Assembly: GCF_016127575.1 (NCBI RefSeq)
Contig: NZ_CP066019.1
Span: 2,700,001-2,732,000, forward strand
Length of the DNA: 32,000 nucleotides
From: Cupriavidus necator
GTDB lineage: Bacteria > Pseudomonadota > Gammaproteobacteria > Burkholderiales > Burkholderiaceae
Direction of reading: 5' to 3'
The notes under the pieces were generated by a model. The model saw only the letters and a program-made list of their open reading frames with translations, was not told where the DNA came from and did not search any database. The position numbers and the translations under genes are program-made. Positions 31,084-32,000 of the stretch are shown in pieces. The stretch's first letter is position 1. Every line of letters starts with the position of its first letter.

Positions 31084-31136
31084 CCATCTACAGATGGGAT
31101 GTTGGACATCCTATATTCAGGATTCGCACGAATCAA
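31084..31136 (-). promoter_or_regulatory. Candidate promoter of the CoA-transferase operon (TTGATT-17-TAGGAT) followed by the palindrome CCATCTGTAGATGG
   Basis: On the minus strand, TTGATT is at 31136-31131 and TAGGAT at 31113-31108. The palindrome at 31097-31084 carries the TGTAGA/TCTACA hexamer and lies just downstream of the -10. Confidence 0.4.
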
Positions 31137-31198
31137 GCCGGGGGTAAACCCCTGAGGACATTCCGGATTGGGCGAGAAGACTTCAGGGAAAGCGAATG

Positions 31199-31227
31199 TT
31201 GACAATCACGAATCCGTGATCTACAAC
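31199..31227 (+). promoter_or_regulatory. Candidate promoter of the NCS1 permease gene (TTGACA-17-TACAAC)
   Basis: A perfect -35, TTGACA, is at 31199-31204. The 17-nt spacer contains the palindrome ATCACG-AATC-CGTGAT (31205-31220). TACAAC is at 31222-31227. Confidence 0.4.
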
Positions 31228-31270
31228 ATCGTCTACACACTAAATCAATTTTGTAGACAATTTTGTAGTC
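31219..31270. promoter_or_regulatory. Operator-like array: two direct TCTACA boxes, then two inverted TGTAG(A/T) boxes, each pair in 12-nt register
   Basis: aTCTACAa is at 31219-31226 and gTCTACAc at 31231-31238. They face the tandem 12-mers AATTTTGTAGAC (31247-31258) and AATTTTGTAGTC (31259-31270). TTGTAGACAA fits the generic GntR operator shape (GT-Nx-AC). Confidence 0.45.
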
Positions 31271-31361
31271 AATAAAAAGCAGCTTTCCACCGGCGCACAC
31301 CAAAGAGCCCAACGGCCGCATGTCGCCTATCGTCAAGACACACATCTGCCAGGAGACTCAG

Positions 31362-32000
31362 ATGATGCAAACGACCGCAACCCCCGCCGACGCACCGCAG
31401 GTGCAGGCCGGGCATGCCGCACACGGCAACGCCCTGATCAAGCCGGGGTATGACGAACGCCTGACCAATGAGGACCTGGCGCCGCTGCGCAAGCAGACCT
31501 GGGGCACCTACAACATCTTTGCCTTCTGGATGTCGGACGTGCACAGCGTGGGCGGCTATATCACCGCCGGCAGCCTGTTCGCGCTGGGGCTGACCAGCTG
31601 GCAGGTGCTGGTGTCGCTGCTGGTCGGCATCCTGATCGTGCAGTACTTCTGCAACCTGGTGGCCAAGCCCAGCCAGGTGACCGGCACGCCTTATCCGGTG
31701 ATCTGCCGGGCCTCGTTCGGCGTGCTCGGCGCCAATATCCCGGCGGTGATCCGCGGGCTCATCGCAGTGGCGTGGTACGGCATCCAGACCTACCTGGCTT
31801 CCAGCGCCTTCCTGGTGCTGGCGCTGCACTTCTTCCCCGCGCTGGCGCCCTATGCCGACGTGAAGCTGCACGGCTTTGCCGGACTCTCCACGCTGGGCTG
31901 GGCCGCATTCATGGTGCTGTGGGTGTTGCAGGCGCTGGTGTTCTGGACCGGCATGGAGACCATCCGCAAGTTCATCGACTGGGCCGGCCCGGCGGTGTAC
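31362..32000 (+). CDS. NCS1-family nucleobase/allantoin/hydantoin:cation symporter (5' part only; continues beyond the window)
   Basis: The open frame runs from ATG 31362 (AGGAG 6 nt upstream) to the window end. It is not in the ORF track because it has no stop. Translation: MMQTTATPAD...YDERLTNEDLAPLRKQTWGTYNIFAFWMSDVHSVGGYITAGSLFALGL...PYPVICRASFGVLGANIPAVIRGLIAVAWYGIQTY. This is the typical NCS1 (PucI/Mhp1/FUR4-like) N-terminal region. Confidence 0.8.
   Translation, partial: MMQTTATPADAPQVQAGHAAHGNALIKPGYDERLTNEDLAPLRKQTWGTYNIFAFWMSDVHSVGGYITAGSLFALGLTSWQVLVSLLVGILIVQYFCNLVAKPSQVTGTPYPVICRASFGVLGANIPAVIRGLIAVAWYGIQTYLASSAFLVLALHFFPALAPYADVKLHGFAGLSTLGWAAFMVLWVLQALVFWTGMETIRKFIDWAGPAVY

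Noticed and set aside
29054-31155. 426-aa and 403-aa plus-strand ORFs across the GntR and CoA-transferase genes
   Set aside because: Antisense shadows of two genes with clear family motifs on the minus strand.
31269-31871. 200-aa minus-strand ORF at the right edge
   Set aside because: It is antisense to the open NCS1 permease frame (31362 to the window end), which has a strong SD and family-typical sequence. The minus ORF would also run through the operator array.
1-32000. CRISPR arrays, tRNA/rRNA genes, IS elements, integrases, prophage or known defence-system genes
   Set aside because: I saw no regularly spaced direct repeats, cloverleaf-like segments, transposase or integrase motifs, or terminal inverted repeats while reading both strands. 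A dedicated scan (tRNAscan, ISfinder, defence-system HMMs) would be needed to exclude small or degenerate elements.

Overview
This is a 32-kb segment of a high-GC betaproteobacterial genome. I infer Burkholderiales, Cupriavidus/Ralstonia-like, from GC content, codon bias, a Bug-family binding protein and the porin type; this was not searched. I can support 30 protein-coding genes, two of them cut by the window edges. I saw no rRNA, tRNA, CRISPR array, IS element or integrase by eye. All homology calls rest on motif and sequence recognition from memory, because no database search was possible.

The window has two compositional parts.

(A) Bases 1 to about 15.13 kb are visibly less GC-rich, with weak GC3 bias. 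This part holds a ureide (allantoate-type) catabolism and uptake block:
- dctA, allA, an FCD-type GntR regulator and an AllE-like bicupin
- a porin, an AmiF-like formamidase/amidase and allantoicase
- a small DUF3830-like protein and an MFS transporter
- a complete Dpp/Opp-type ABC importer

The block appears to be wired to the single GntR regulator. A recurring palindrome, TACTGGT-N3-ACCAGTA, sits directly downstream of three near-consensus sigma70 promoters. The enzyme and transporter combination is not a textbook purine/allantoin cluster. This is my best candidate for an undescribed catabolic system.

(B) From about 15.16 kb to 32 kb the sequence is typical high-GC backbone. It contains:
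- an ArsR-like regulator paired with a hyper-acidic Trp-rich protein of unknown function
- a LysR regulator, a Zn-dependent alcohol dehydrogenase and a two-HKD phospholipase-D lipoprotein
- lysP followed by a secreted amidohydrolase
- a low-GC DinJ/YafQ toxin-antitoxin islet
- a TonB-dependent receptor with a Fur-box-like palindrome
- a CoA-transferase / GntR / enoyl-CoA hydratase / Bug operon, divergent from an NCS1 permease, with an intergenic array of TCTACA/TGTAGA repeats

Many long ORFs in the six-frame track are antisense or alternate-frame shadows typical of high-GC DNA, and I rejected them.
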